Assembly: GCA_946476985.1 (NCBI GenBank)
Contig: CAMKWS010000002.1
Coordinates: 121,958 to 185,957, forward strand
Direction of reading: 5' to 3'
Source: an uncultured Acetobacteraceae bacterium
Lineage (GTDB): Bacteria > Pseudomonadota > Alphaproteobacteria > Acetobacterales > Acetobacteraceae
Length of the DNA: 64,000 bases
Shown here: positions 9,731 through 19,585 of the stretch, one piece after another
Layout: every line of letters starts with the position of its first letter
How positions within the stretch are numbered: position 1 is the first letter of the stretch
Notes under the pieces: generated by a model
The model's input: the letters and a program-made list of their open reading frames with translations, nothing else
What the model was told of the DNA's origin: nothing
The model's database searches: none
Program-made: the position numbers and the translations under genes

Positions 9731-12700
9731 CTATGCGGAGAGACGGCTAAGGTCGGCCTCTTCATACCCGATAATCCGAGCGTAATCCTTTGGCACGACA
9801 TGCCAAAAATAAGGAAGTACATCCTCCCATGCATGTAACAGACCTGCCGCATATACACTGCCTGTCTCACGCACATGACGTTCCACAAGGCTACGCAGCT
9901 CCTCACGCCAGCGAGGGGCAACAACACGTTGACACATAACGGTATCGGTATTCACACGGCTAGAGAAGGTCCCCTCCCTATCCAGCACATAGGCTGTCCC
10001 ACCGGTAAATCCAGCACCAAAATTATCACCTGCTTTACCAAGAACAACCACTGTGCCGCCGGTCATATATTCACAGCCGTTAGAGCCACAGCCTTCCACC
10101 ACAGCAACAGCGCCAGAGTTACGCACAGCAAAGCGTTCCCCGGCTTGCCCTGCGGCAAATAATGCCCCAGAGGTCGCCCCATAAAGAACGGTATTGCCGA
10201 TGATGGAGTTTTCCTCTGTCACGCATGGCACAGCTTGGCTTGGGCGTAAAACAAGGGTCGCCCCGGAGAGGCCTTTACCCACATAGTCATTTGCATCGCC
10301 CTCAACTTCAATCCGCATCCCACGCACAGCAAATGCACCGAGAGACTGTCCAGCAGAGCCACGCAAGGAGAGCGTTAAATGCCCCTCTGGCAAGCTGCTC
10401 ATACCAAAGCGCCGCGTGATGAGCGAGGAAAGACGCGTTCCCACAGCACGATGTGTATTGCGCACAACATAATGCAAGTGCAGTTTCTCACGCCGCTCAA
10501 AGAGAGGCTGTGCATCTGCAATGATTTGCGCATCCAACGTATCAGGCACCTCATTGCGCCCTTCCTGTGTGCAATAGCGGGCAAAGCCACCAGAATCAGC
10601 CTGCACAAGCAACGCATTAAGGTCGAGGTCATCCAAATATTCCGACCCACGATATACTTGGTGCAGCAAATCTGTCCGACCGATGACATCCTCAAGAGAG
10701 CGGAAACCAAGCTGCGCAAGAATGTTACGAACATCCTCAGCAATCAGGGTAAAGAGATTAATGACCTTCTCTGGTGTGCCTTCAAACTTCTTACGCAGTT
10801 CTTCATCCTGCACGCACACACCAACAGGGCATGTATTTGTATGGCACTGCCGCACCATAATGCAGCCCATTGCCACGAGAGCGGCTGTCCCAATACCAAA
10901 TTCCTCAGCCCCGAGCATGGCGGCAATCACCACATCACGCCCGGTTTTAATTCCCCCATCTACACGGAGTTTAAGGCGATGGCGAAGACGATTGAGCATG
11001 AGCACTTGGTGCGTCTCACTCAGCCCCATCTCCCACGGCAAGCCCGCATAATAAATGGAGGATTGCGCGCTAGCCCCTGTGCCACCAGAATGGCCTGAGA
11101 TCAAAATCGCATCGGCTTTTGCCTTAGCCACGCCTGCCGCAATCGTGCCGATACCCGTACGTGCCACGAGCTTTACCGTCACAGTTGCTTCAGGATTAAT
11201 CTGCTTAAGATCGTAAATAAGCTGAGCGAGATCCTCAATGGAGTAAATATCATGATGCGGCGGTGGTGAGATCAACGTCACACCCGGCGTTGCATGACGC
11301 AAACGAGCAATAAGCTCCGTCACCTTAAAGCCCGGCAACTGCCCACCTTCACCCGGCTTGGCTCCTTGGGCCACTTTAATTTCAAGTTCGCGGCAGTTAT
11401 TCAAATATTCTGCCGTCACACCAAAGCGCCCAGAGGCTACCTGCTTAATAGCTGAAGATGCATTATCACCATTAGGCCGCGGCGCTGCACGAGCAGGATC
11501 TTCTCCCCCCTCACCAGAGTCTGACTTTGCGCCAATCCGGTTCATAGCAATCGCTAATGTCTCATGCGCTTCTGGGCTTAACGCTCCGAGAGAAATACCC
11601 GGCGCTACCAAACGGCGGCGGATCTGGGTAATCCCTTCAACATCGTCAATATCAATAGGCTTTTCAGTCGAGCGGAACTCGAGCAGGTCACGCAAGGCGA
11701 CAGGCTCCTGCCCGGCCAAAGCATCTGCATAGCGGCGATAAAGCTTGTAACTATTGGCCTGCACAGCAGTTTGCAACAAATGCACGGCCGAAGCAGAGAA
11801 TGAGTGCGCCTCCCCACCTGGGCGTACTTTATACCGCCCACCTATCGGCAGAGGAGATACCCCTTCACGCCCCCACGCTCTTTTATGTGCTTTGACCACA
11901 TTACGCGCAATGCCAAGCAATCCAATGCCAGAGATACGCGAAGACATACCGGGGAAGAACTCAGCCACAAGCGCACGAGAGAGGCCAATAGCTTCAAAAT
12001 TATATCCACCACGATAGGCCGAAACAACAGAAATACCGGCTTTGGACATAATCTTAAGCAAGCCTTTGTCCACCGCTGTGCGGTACCGCTGCATAGCCTC
12101 ACGCAAGCTCATTTCACCGAATAAACCACGGCGAATACGTTCAGCAATGCTCTGCTGGGCCAGCCATGGGTTCACTGTTGAGGCGCCCACACCCACCATC
12201 ACAGCAAGGCTATGTACATCCAGCGTATCAGATGTCCGTGCATTCAGTGAGGTAAATGTCCGTAAGCTATGGGTAATCAAATGCACATGCACAGCAGCAA
12301 TCGCCAGTACCATAGGCACAGCCACACGTTCAGCAGAGCTATGCTCATCTGTTAAGAAGAGATGAGAGCAACCACCGCGCACAGCGTCTTCTGCCTTCTG
12401 GCAGATCAAGCTAAGAGCCTCACGCAACCCTCCTGCCCCTGCCGATACGGGGAAGGTACAATCAATCGTCTCCCCTTGGCGACCACACATCTTTTGCAGC
12501 TTATCGAACTCACCATTTGTTAAAATGGGGCTGGGCAGTTGCAAGAGCTGACACTGGCTGGCTTCTTCTTCCAGAATATTCCCCAAATTCCCCAGGCGCG
12601 TAACCAAGCTCATCGCCCGTGTTTCGCGTAGGCTATCAATGGGGGGGTTCGTCACTTGGCTAAAGCCTTGGCGGAAATAATGTGACAGACCGCGATAATA

Positions 12701-14299
12701 ACGTGACAAAACCTGCAATGGCGTATCATCACCCATAGAGGCCAATGCCTCTGCCGCATTCTCCACCATAGGATGCAAGGTAGATTCCATATCCTCATAG
12801 CTGAGATTTACAGCTAATTGGCGGCGCCGTAGCTCATCCCCTTCAATCCCACTAGGCTCGCTAACACCAGATAAAACGGGACCAATATTCTCAATCCCCT
12901 CGCCAATCCAGCGTTCAAAATCTTGCCGATTAATGAGCATATCAAGCACATCATCCGGTGCATAAAAACGCCCCTCAGCAATATCCAAAACTAGCGTCTG
13001 CCCCGGCCCAAGGCGCCCACGGGTCGCAATAGCCTCATCCGGCACACGCACCATGCCTGTTTCTGAACCTACAATCAGCAAGCCATCACGCGTGATGCTA
13101 TAACGCAACGGACGCAAACCAGCACGATCTAGGCCGGCAATCACCCAGCGTCCATCCGTTGCACAAAGAGCAGCCGGACCATCCCATGGCTCAATGACAG
13201 CATTGCAATAACGATAAAACGCTTTTGCCCGTGGTGATAAAGACGAATTGGCTCCTGCCGCCGCAGGAATGAGCAATGCCTTCGCCGCAGGGGCATTACG
13301 TCCCGCAAAAGTTAGCAGTTCAAATACATTATCCAAAGCTGCTGTATCAGACCCAGAAGCTTGAATAACAGGTTTTACCGCCTCAATATGCGGCTCTAAT
13401 ATCGGGCTTGCGAGGCGTGTTTCATGAGCACGCATCCAATTTATATTACCAGATAATGTGTTTATTTCACCATTATGAGCCACCTTGCGGAAAGGCTGCG
13501 CTAACTTCCATGTCGGAAAGGTATTCGTAGAATAACGCTGATGATAAATCACAAAACGTGAGACAAAACGTTCATCTAACAAATCTGGATAAAAATCTGT
13601 CAGATTTTCAGCCAGAAACATCCCCTTATAAATAACAGACCGACAAGAGAGTGAGCAGATATACAAATCCACTTGCGCTGCTGTAGCTGCTTTTTCAATA
13701 CGACGGCGAATAATATATAAGTCGCGCTCTAAAGCATCCTCATCACGCCCGAGCGTATTTCGGATCATGATCTGTTCAATTTCCGGGCGTGTCTCATTCG
13801 CCTTGGCGCCGATGCAAGCTGTATCAATCGGCACTTGGCGCCAACCGTAGATACCATACCCAAATTTGAGAATTTCTGTCTCAATAATCTGGCGGCAACG
13901 CTCCTGAGCGGCAAGGTCAGTCCTGGGGAGGAAGACCATCCCTACAGAAATACACCCCTCAATTCTGAAGTCCCCCGCATTATGGATCGCATCAGCAAAG
14001 AAATCCTGCGGAATCTCCACATGGATACCCGCTCCGTCTCCCGTTTTACCATCAGCATCAACAGCACCACGGTGCCAAATATTCCCTAAGGCTTCTATCC
14101 CTGCCTGCACAACAGCACGGCTGGCCTTACCATCCATCGCAGCTACAAGCCCCACACCACAGGCATCATGCTCTTGTGAAGGATCATACAGGCCTTTTAA
14201 ACGCTCTGTATTCGCATGATATGCTGCAACAAATTCACGTGCTGTTTCACCATGAGTGACGCGGCAGCTCTGCTCGTTTTTCATATGATCAGCAGACAT
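9731..14299 (-). CDS. gltB: glutamate synthase large subunit
   Basis: About 1520 aa. It has the N-terminal amidotransferase Cys (EHDACGVG), FMN/Fe-S central domains and a C-terminal GXGXG domain. Start set at ATG 14299 (MSADH...), forming a TAATG overlap with the gltD stop; the track starts at GTG 14308. Confidence 0.95.
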   Translation of the reverse strand: MSADHMKNEQSCRVTHGETAREFVAAYHANTERLKGLYDPSQEHDACGVGLVAAMDGKASRAVVQAGIEALGNIWHRGAVDADGKTGDGAGIHVEIPQDFFADAIHNAGDFRIEGCISVGMVFLPRTDLAAQERCRQIIETEILKFGYGIYGWRQVPIDTACIGAKANETRPEIEQIMIRNTLGRDEDALERDLYIIRRRIEKAATAAQVDLYICSLSCRSVIYKGMFLAENLTDFYPDLLDERFVSRFVIYHQRYSTNTFPTWKLAQPFRKVAHNGEINTLSGNINWMRAHETRLASPILEPHIEAVKPVIQASGSDTAALDNVFELLTFAGRNAPAAKALLIPAAAGANSSLSPRAKAFYRYCNAVIEPWDGPAALCATDGRWVIAGLDRAGLRPLRYSITRDGLLIVGSETGMVRVPDEAIATRGRLGPGQTLVLDIAEGRFYAPDDVLDMLINRQDFERWIGEGIENIGPVLSGVSEPSGIEGDELRRRQLAVNLSYEDMESTLHPMVENAAEALASMGDDTPLQVLSRYYRGLSHYFRQGFSQVTNPPIDSLRETRAMSLVTRLGNLGNILEEEASQCQLLQLPSPILTNGEFDKLQKMCGRQGETIDCTFPVSAGAGGLREALSLICQKAEDAVRGGCSHLFLTDEHSSAERVAVPMVLAIAAVHVHLITHSLRTFTSLNARTSDTLDVHSLAVMVGVGASTVNPWLAQQSIAERIRRGLFGEMSLREAMQRYRTAVDKGLLKIMSKAGISVVSAYRGGYNFEAIGLSRALVAEFFPGMSSRISGIGLLGIARNVVKAHKRAWGREGVSPLPIGGRYKVRPGGEAHSFSASAVHLLQTAVQANSYKLYRRYADALAGQEPVALRDLLEFRSTEKPIDIDDVEGITQIRRRLVAPGISLGALSPEAHETLAIAMNRIGAKSDSGEGGEDPARAAPRPNGDNASSAIKQVASGRFGVTAEYLNNCRELEIKVAQGAKPGEGGQLPGFKVTELIARLRHATPGVTLISPPPHHDIYSIEDLAQLIYDLKQINPEATVTVKLVARTGIGTIAAGVAKAKADAILISGHSGGTGASAQSSIYYAGLPWEMGLSETHQVLMLNRLRHRLKLRVDGGIKTGRDVVIAAMLGAEEFGIGTAALVAMGCIMVRQCHTNTCPVGVCVQDEELRKKFEGTPEKVINLFTLIAEDVRNILAQLGFRSLEDVIGRTDLLHQVYRGSEYLDDLDLNALLVQADSGGFARYCTQEGRNEVPDTLDAQIIADAQPLFERREKLHLHYVVRNTHRAVGTRLSSLITRRFGMSSLPEGHLTLSLRGSAGQSLGAFAVRGMRIEVEGDANDYVGKGLSGATLVLRPSQAVPCVTEENSIIGNTVLYGATSGALFAAGQAGERFAVRNSGAVAVVEGCGSNGCEYMTGGTVVVLGKAGDNFGAGFTGGTAYVLDREGTFSSRVNTDTVMCQRVVAPRWREELRSLVERHVRETGSVYAAGLLHAWEDVLPYFWHVVPKDYARIIGYEEADLSRLSA

Positions 14300-15732
14300 T
14301 ATGCACACTCCCCTACAGGTGAAACTTTTATATCTAATTTATTGGATAAATGAGCCGATATGGCGTCTGCCGCCTCTCGCCCATCACGAATAGCCCACAC
14401 AACAAGGCTTGCCCCGCGCACGATATCGCCACCAGCAAAAACACCCGGTAGGCTCGTCTCATACCCGCCCGCTTTTACGTCCAACGTGCCCCACTTTGTA
14501 ACAGCAAGCTCAGGCTGCTGCCATAACGCTGGCAAATCCTCTGCCTCAAACCCTAGCGCACAAATCACCATATCTGCTTTTACGGTGCGCGTTGCCTCAG
14601 TTGGCTCAACCGCACGCCGACCTTGTGCATCTGCAGCACCAAGGCGCATCTCACGCAGGCGAACAGCCTCTACACGCCCCTCTCCGATAAAAGCTTCAGG
14701 AGAGACCATCCATTCAAAATGCGCCCCTTCTTCCTCTGCATTCGCCACTTCTTGGCGTGAACCCGGCATATTGTCCCGATCACGACGATAGGCACAAACA
14801 ACCTCTGCAGCCCCTTGGCGAATAGCTGTACGCATACAATCCATAGCTGTATCACCACCGCCAATGACAACGACACGTTTGCCTTGTGCGCTCAGCCTAT
14901 CACCGTCAACTCCCTCCGTTTGGGAAGCCTTAAGATAATCCAACGCCTCAACAATGCCATGCAATCCCGCACCCGGACCTTGAACCTTACGAGCTCGATA
15001 CACACCTGTGGCGAGAAAAACTGCATCATATTGAGCACGAAGCGTCTCTAGCGAAATCTCATTAGCCCCCGCACCAATGGCTTGGCCGAGATGGAAGATA
15101 ATCCCCTGCTCTGCCAACAGCTGGCAACGCCGCTCCACAACGGTTTTCTCTAACTTGAAGCCGGGGATACCATACATCAGCAACCCGCCCGGCTTATCCT
15201 GCCGCTCATAAATATGCACGCTATAGCCCTGCGCCCGTAAACGCTCAGCACATGCCAAACCCGCCGGACCAGAGCCTACAATGGCCACACTTTGACCATT
15301 CTCTTCTACAGGTTTTCGTGGCACGACCCAGCCTTCTTTAAAGGCCGTCTCTGTAATATGGCGCTCTACTGCGCCAATCGTCACACTGCGAAAACCAGGC
15401 CGAATAACGCAATTCCCCTCGCACAACCTGTCTTGTGGGCAAATACGACCACAAATCTCGGGAAAGCTATTAGTTTGGGAGGAAAGGTCATAAGCTTCCC
15501 TCATACGCCCCTCAGTAACGAGACGCAGCCATTCAGGAATGACATTCCCTAACGGACAATGCACCGTACAATAGGGAATACCACATTGCGAACAGCGCGA
15601 TGCCTGCTCCTGCGCATGCTGGGGATCAAATGCCTTATAAATTTCTGCAAAATCCACCTTCCGCTCAGAAGCTGAACGTTTTTCAGGCAATCTTTGTGGG
15701 CAATTTACAAACCGTAGCATTTGTCCAGCCAT
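14299..15732 (-). CDS. gltD: glutamate synthase small subunit (NADPH)
   Basis: 477 aa with a Cys-rich Fe-S N-terminus (CSQCGIPYC...CP...CEGNC) and dinucleotide folds (VAIVGSGPAGL, VVVIGGGDTAMD). Confidence 0.95.
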   Translation of the reverse strand: MAGQMLRFVNCPQRLPEKRSASERKVDFAEIYKAFDPQHAQEQASRCSQCGIPYCTVHCPLGNVIPEWLRLVTEGRMREAYDLSSQTNSFPEICGRICPQDRLCEGNCVIRPGFRSVTIGAVERHITETAFKEGWVVPRKPVEENGQSVAIVGSGPAGLACAERLRAQGYSVHIYERQDKPGGLLMYGIPGFKLEKTVVERRCQLLAEQGIIFHLGQAIGAGANEISLETLRAQYDAVFLATGVYRARKVQGPGAGLHGIVEALDYLKASQTEGVDGDRLSAQGKRVVVIGGGDTAMDCMRTAIRQGAAEVVCAYRRDRDNMPGSRQEVANAEEEGAHFEWMVSPEAFIGEGRVEAVRLREMRLGAADAQGRRAVEPTEATRTVKADMVICALGFEAEDLPALWQQPELAVTKWGTLDVKAGGYETSLPGVFAGGDIVRGASLVVWAIRDGREAADAISAHLSNKLDIKVSPVGECA

Positions 15733-15778
15733 GCTGAGGTCCCCTTATAAAAATGCTCAAAAGCAACAGAACGCAAAA

Positions 15779-15795
15779 CTCAACAGACTGTTGAG
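15779..15795. promoter_or_regulatory. perfect palindrome CTCAACA-GAC-TGTTGAG in the gltD upstream/leader region
   Basis: 7-bp arms with a 3-nt spacer, 47-63 nt upstream of the gltD start codon. Candidate operator or leader hairpin. Confidence 0.3.
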
Positions 15796-15923
15796 ATTGC
15801 GTATAAAATAATTTTATCTCTCTTTACAGCTTCACCTATTATAAAAATAGTAAGTATTGCTTACCTAAATAAATGCCACAAAAACAAAAACAGGAACAAT
15901 GAAATCCTATTTAATGATAAACA

Positions 15924-15936
15924 GTCCGATTCGGAC
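15924..15936. promoter_or_regulatory. perfect palindrome GTCCGA-T-TCGGAC in an AT-rich intergenic region
   Basis: A GC-rich 13-nt palindrome isolated within AT-rich DNA between gltD and tRNA-Leu. Confidence 0.25.
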
Positions 15937-16064
15937 CTTATTGTGACACCCCCCTCTATTCCCTCACCATTATTTCTTTATTGACGCTTCAACAGTGACT
16001 TCGTAATTACCGAGTATCAGCCTCAAATGATGCCGCTTCTTCAGAGCAGCTTCACAGAGGCTGT

Positions 16065-16151
16065 GCCCAGATGGCGGAATTGGTAGACGCGCAGGCTTCA
16101 GGTGCCTGTGTCCGCAAGGACGTGGAAGTTCGAGTCTTCTTCTGGGCACCA
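16065..16151 (+). tRNA. tRNA-Leu (anticodon CAG), encoded CCA
   Basis: Acceptor stem gcccaga/tctgggc, D-loop aattggtag, anticodon stem caggc/gcctg with loop ttCAGgt, long variable arm (class II), T-loop ttcgagt, and discriminator A followed by CCA. Confidence 0.95.
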
Positions 16152-16157
16152 CGCCAT

Positions 16158-16193
16158 CTTCATCTTACCTCTGAGATGAAGGTACTTTTTATT
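16158..16193 (+). terminator. intrinsic terminator after tRNA-Leu
   Basis: Stem cttcatct (16158..16165) / agatgaag (16174..16181), followed by the ctttttatt tract. Confidence 0.6.
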
Positions 16194-16217
16194 CTTCATA
16201 ACAAAACCGGTGATATT

Positions 16218-16868
16218 ATGAGCAATCCGAGCAACGCCATTCATCTTCATGAGGGCGACCTCCCGGATAACCTCGACCTTGGCTCTATTGTTGCGATTGA
16301 TACAGAAACAATGGGCCTTAACCCTCACCGGGACCGCCTTTGCCTTGTTCAGCTATCCTCTGGCAATGGCGAAGCACATCTTGTCCAGTTCATTCCAGAG
16401 CACCTTGGCGGCAGCGGTTTTGACAAATGCCCTAACCTCAAAGCCCTCCTACAAGATGAAAACGTCACCAAGCTAATGCATTTTGCACGGTTTGACGTTG
16501 CCGTACTTCAGCATTTTTTAGGAATCACTTTAAACTCTATCATCTGCACTAAAATTGCCGCACGTCTTGTTTATACATTTACAGACAAACACGGCCTTGC
16601 TTACCTCTGTCGTGAGCTTTTAGGGATCGAAATGTCTAAACAACAGCAAAGTTCTGACTGGGGCAGCCCCACCCTAACAGAAGATCAACAACGTTACGCT
16701 GCTTCCGATGTTCTTTATCTTCACGCTCTATGGGCTAAACTTGAGGGAATGCTCATCCGTGAAGGCCGCCGCGAGCTTGCCCAAAGCTGCTATAACTTCC
16801 TCCCCGCACGTGCAAAGCTAGACCTTTTAGGCTATGATGTGTCCGATATTTTTGCACATCGCGCTTAA
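16218..16868 (+). CDS. rnd: ribonuclease D-like 3'-5' exonuclease (short DEDD form)
   Basis: 216 aa from ATG 16218. Motifs AIDTETMGL (Exo I), HFARFDV (Exo II) and YAASDVLYL (Exo III). The longer track ORF starts inside the tRNA gene. Confidence 0.8.
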   Translation: MSNPSNAIHLHEGDLPDNLDLGSIVAIDTETMGLNPHRDRLCLVQLSSGNGEAHLVQFIPEHLGGSGFDKCPNLKALLQDENVTKLMHFARFDVAVLQHFLGITLNSIICTKIAARLVYTFTDKHGLAYLCRELLGIEMSKQQQSSDWGSPTLTEDQQRYAASDVLYLHALWAKLEGMLIREGRRELAQSCYNFLPARAKLDLLGYDVSDIFAHRA

Positions 16869-16882
16869 GTAACATTACGTCA

Positions 16883-17860
16883 ATGACCTCACAGCCCCCT
16901 TCAACCGCCTCTTATGTTCTCCTGACAGAGCGTCAAGGTCTAGAACAGCTAGAGCTTGCCTTAGGCGGAACGATGGGGACTGCCTTCCAAAAGGCCATTG
17001 ATACTATCCTCAATATGCAAGGCCGCCTTATCATCACAGGGATGGGAAAATCCGGCCATATTGGGCGTAAAATCAACGCAACACTAGCCTCCACAGGTAC
17101 AACTTCCCTTTTTCTTCATCCTGCTGAAGCAGCCCATGGAGACCTAGGCATGCTGGGTAAAGAGGACGTGGTCCTCTACCTCTCCAATTCTGGAGAAACG
17201 AGCGAGCTGGCGCCCGTCCTACTCCACGCCCAGCGGCTCGGCCTACAGCAAATTGCTTTCACATCATGTGAAACATCTACCTTAGCGCGCTCTGTCCAAA
17301 TTCCACTCATTCTCCCGCAAGCACAAGAAGCCTGCCCTATGGGGCTTGCCCCCACAACATCGTGCCTCTTACAGCTTGCCTTGGGCGACGCCCTCGCCAT
17401 TACTTTGCTTGAACGACGTAATTTCAGCTCCGATGACTTCGGCACACTCCACCCGGCTGGGCAACTCGGTGCACAACTCCGGCCTGTGAGCGACCTCATG
17501 CACCAAGGTAACAGCCTTCCCCTTGGCCAACCTAATATGTCTTTACGTGCTGTTATTTTAGAAATCACACGCAAAAGCTTTGGCTGCATCGGTATATTAG
17601 ATCATGATGGACGCCTCGCTGGCCTCATCAGTGATGGAGACCTCCGTAGAGCTTTAGAGCGCGACCTTGATAATACCTTCGCCTGCGATATTATGAACCC
17701 CACGCCATTGACAACAACAGCAGAAACCTTGGCTAAGGATGTCCGTCGCCTCATGAATGACCGTCAAGTTCCCGTGACGAGTCTTTTTATCGTTGATGAA
17801 GACCAACGCCCAATCGGCATCCTTCATCTCCATGACCTCATTCGCGCAGGCCTAGCATGA
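16883..17860 (+). CDS. kdsD: KpsF/GutQ family arabinose-5-phosphate isomerase (SIS + tandem CBS domains)
   Basis: 325 aa with SIS motif ITGMGKSGHIGRK and C-terminal CBS pairs, in the canonical position upstream of lptC-lptA-lptB. Confidence 0.85.
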   Translation: MTSQPPSTASYVLLTERQGLEQLELALGGTMGTAFQKAIDTILNMQGRLIITGMGKSGHIGRKINATLASTGTTSLFLHPAEAAHGDLGMLGKEDVVLYLSNSGETSELAPVLLHAQRLGLQQIAFTSCETSTLARSVQIPLILPQAQEACPMGLAPTTSCLLQLALGDALAITLLERRNFSSDDFGTLHPAGQLGAQLRPVSDLMHQGNSLPLGQPNMSLRAVILEITRKSFGCIGILDHDGRLAGLISDGDLRRALERDLDNTFACDIMNPTPLTTTAETLAKDVRRLMNDRQVPVTSLFIVDEDQRPIGILHLHDLIRAGLA

Positions 17861-18600
17861 GCGATAACAGCCCCGTAAAACGGGATGATTTTGATCCCGA
17901 CCGTTCAGCTAAGACGCAAAAAATGGCAGAATTGCGCCAGCAAGCCATGGCGCGTGTCCGTACGCCGCCTTCTCCTGAGGCGATGGCACGTCGACGCTTA
18001 TTCATGTCCCGTGCGAAATGGGGGCTTCCCTCTTTCGCCGCATTTTTACTGCTTTCTATTGCTATATGGCCCGAGCTAAACCATCTCATTCATCAAAATA
18101 ACTCTGTTCTAGAAGCCATGCTTGGCGGCCATTCGGGAACAGGAAATATACAACGCGCTATTTACCGCGATGTTGATTCGAAGAACCGGCCCTACACTAT
18201 CACCTCACGCAACGCCCATCAGATTGATGATAACCGCATCAATCTCATCAAGCCTGTTGCGGATATTATGCTGAACAATCAACAATGGGTGCATGTCCGT
18301 GCAGATACAGGTGTTTATTTGCAGCATGAGCAAACACTGACACTCAATGGCCATGTTACCCTCTATCGTAGTGATGGCCTCCTTCTAAACAGCCCTACGG
18401 CAGATATCGACATCCCCCAAGAAGTTATCGCAACCCATAATTGGGTTCATGCTGAAGGACCATTTGGCACAGAAGATGCCGAAGGGGCCTTTTTAGACCA
18501 ACAAACAGGGACCGCTCAGTTCCTTGGAGCGGGTAAATCTGATCATTTTGACGATTTATCGCCTCCGCCCCCTTCTCCCAACAATACAAAAAGCCCATAA
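17857..18600 (+). CDS. lptC: LPS export system protein LptC-like
   Basis: 247 aa with an ATGA overlap with kdsD, a single TM segment (LPSFAAFLLLSIAIW), a beta-jellyroll-like periplasmic part, and a position upstream of lptA. Confidence 0.7.
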   Translation: MSDNSPVKRDDFDPDRSAKTQKMAELRQQAMARVRTPPSPEAMARRRLFMSRAKWGLPSFAAFLLLSIAIWPELNHLIHQNNSVLEAMLGGHSGTGNIQRAIYRDVDSKNRPYTITSRNAHQIDDNRINLIKPVADIMLNNQQWVHVRADTGVYLQHEQTLTLNGHVTLYRSDGLLLNSPTADIDIPQEVIATHNWVHAEGPFGTEDAEGAFLDQQTGTAQFLGAGKSDHFDDLSPPPPSPNNTKSP

Positions 18601-18607
18601 AGACTAC

Positions 18608-19585
18608 ATGATGCGCTTTTCTTCTTTTTTCCATCTTCCGGCTATTGTCGCTCTCAGCGGTCTCGCTGTATCTGCTCCTGCGCTCGCTGCACATAAGGAT
18701 CAGCCCAAAAGCCACACCCCACGCCCAGCGCCACAAGACAAATCCCACGGGCAAGTCATTCATCTCTTTTGGAAAAACGAAGAAATTTACGACCATAACC
18801 GCCAAACCGTCACACTCACTGGCGGCGCACGCGCACAACGCGGGAATGTAACTGTCGATGCAGATACATTAATCGGTTATTTACGCCCCAAATCAAAAGC
18901 GCCTGCCCATACCAAAACTACCGCCAGCAAGAAAACAACACCGCAAGAAAATACAACCAACTCATCATCTAGCGATGACCTTGAACTCTATCGTGTCGAA
19001 GCGATTGGCCATGTCCATGTCTATAATCAGGAAGATCAAGGCTGGGGAGACCACGGCCTTTATGACATCGACAAAGCCGTTATGGTCATGACCGGTCAGC
19101 ATATGAAATTCACAACACCTCATCAGCTTATGACGGCACGTGATCTCGTAGAATATTACCCAGATGCCCATATTTCTCTCGGCTGGGGTGATGCAAGCGT
19201 TACCACCAGCGATGGCAAACGGATCACAGCTGATGTTATGCAAGCATTTGAACTAACAGATGCACAAAAGGCTGCGAATAAAGCAAGCACATCTAATCAA
19301 CCCAATGGCGACCAAACGCAGCAGAATAACTCGCTTGATCGTGCTTTCGGTTGGGGGCACGTGATTATTCGCACACAAAGCCAAACTGCAATTGGCGACC
19401 GGGGGGTTTACCTTGCCGGGCCACAGCTTGCTCGCCTTATTGGTAATGTTCATGTTACCCAAGGGCAAAATCAGAATAACGGCGCCCAAGCTATCGTGAA
19501 TCTCAAAACAGGTATCTCACATATGCTTGCCGGCTCAACCTCGCCTATCCAAGGCCTAATTGTTCCGAATGAGGCAACCCCATAA
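18608..19585 (+). CDS. lptA: LptA/OstA family periplasmic LPS transport protein (extended, about 325 aa)
   Basis: Start at ATG 18608 gives the signal peptide MMRFSSFFHLPAIVALSGLAVSAPALA. OstA-like repeats are present (ADTLIGY..., VEAIGHVHV..., GDRGVY...) along with two low-complexity inserts. TAATG overlap with lptB. Confidence 0.75.
   Translation: MMRFSSFFHLPAIVALSGLAVSAPALAAHKDQPKSHTPRPAPQDKSHGQVIHLFWKNEEIYDHNRQTVTLTGGARAQRGNVTVDADTLIGYLRPKSKAPAHTKTTASKKTTPQENTTNSSSSDDLELYRVEAIGHVHVYNQEDQGWGDHGLYDIDKAVMVMTGQHMKFTTPHQLMTARDLVEYYPDAHISLGWGDASVTTSDGKRITADVMQAFELTDAQKAANKASTSNQPNGDQTQQNNSLDRAFGWGHVIIRTQSQTAIGDRGVYLAGPQLARLIGNVHVTQGQNQNNGAQAIVNLKTGISHMLAGSTSPIQGLIVPNEATP

Noticed and set aside
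10379-11098. 239-aa + strand ORF inside gltB
   Set aside because: It is fully antisense to the well-supported glutamate synthase large subunit, with low-complexity, Arg/His-rich translation. The similar ORFs 4780..5235, 14360..14791, 27028..27426, 28001..28444 and 37486..37968 are treated the same way.
15733-15960. Sigma-54 promoter for gltD-gltB
   Set aside because: No TGGCAC-N5-TTGCW element was found on the minus strand of this spacer.
16065-16151. tRNA-Leu as an integration site for a genomic island
   Set aside because: There is no integrase nearby, I could not find a direct repeat of the tRNA 3' end by eye, and the flanking genes (gltD, rnd-kdsD-lpt) are core functions.
15970-16217. 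ORFs 15970..16152 (-) and the first 49 codons of 16071..16868 (+)
   Set aside because: Both are read through the tRNA-Leu gene and its terminator hairpin. The RNase D-like gene starts at ATG 16218.
18425-18838. 137-aa minus-strand ORF spanning the lptC/lptA junction
   Set aside because: It is antisense to two coupled lpt genes and has no motifs or RBS.
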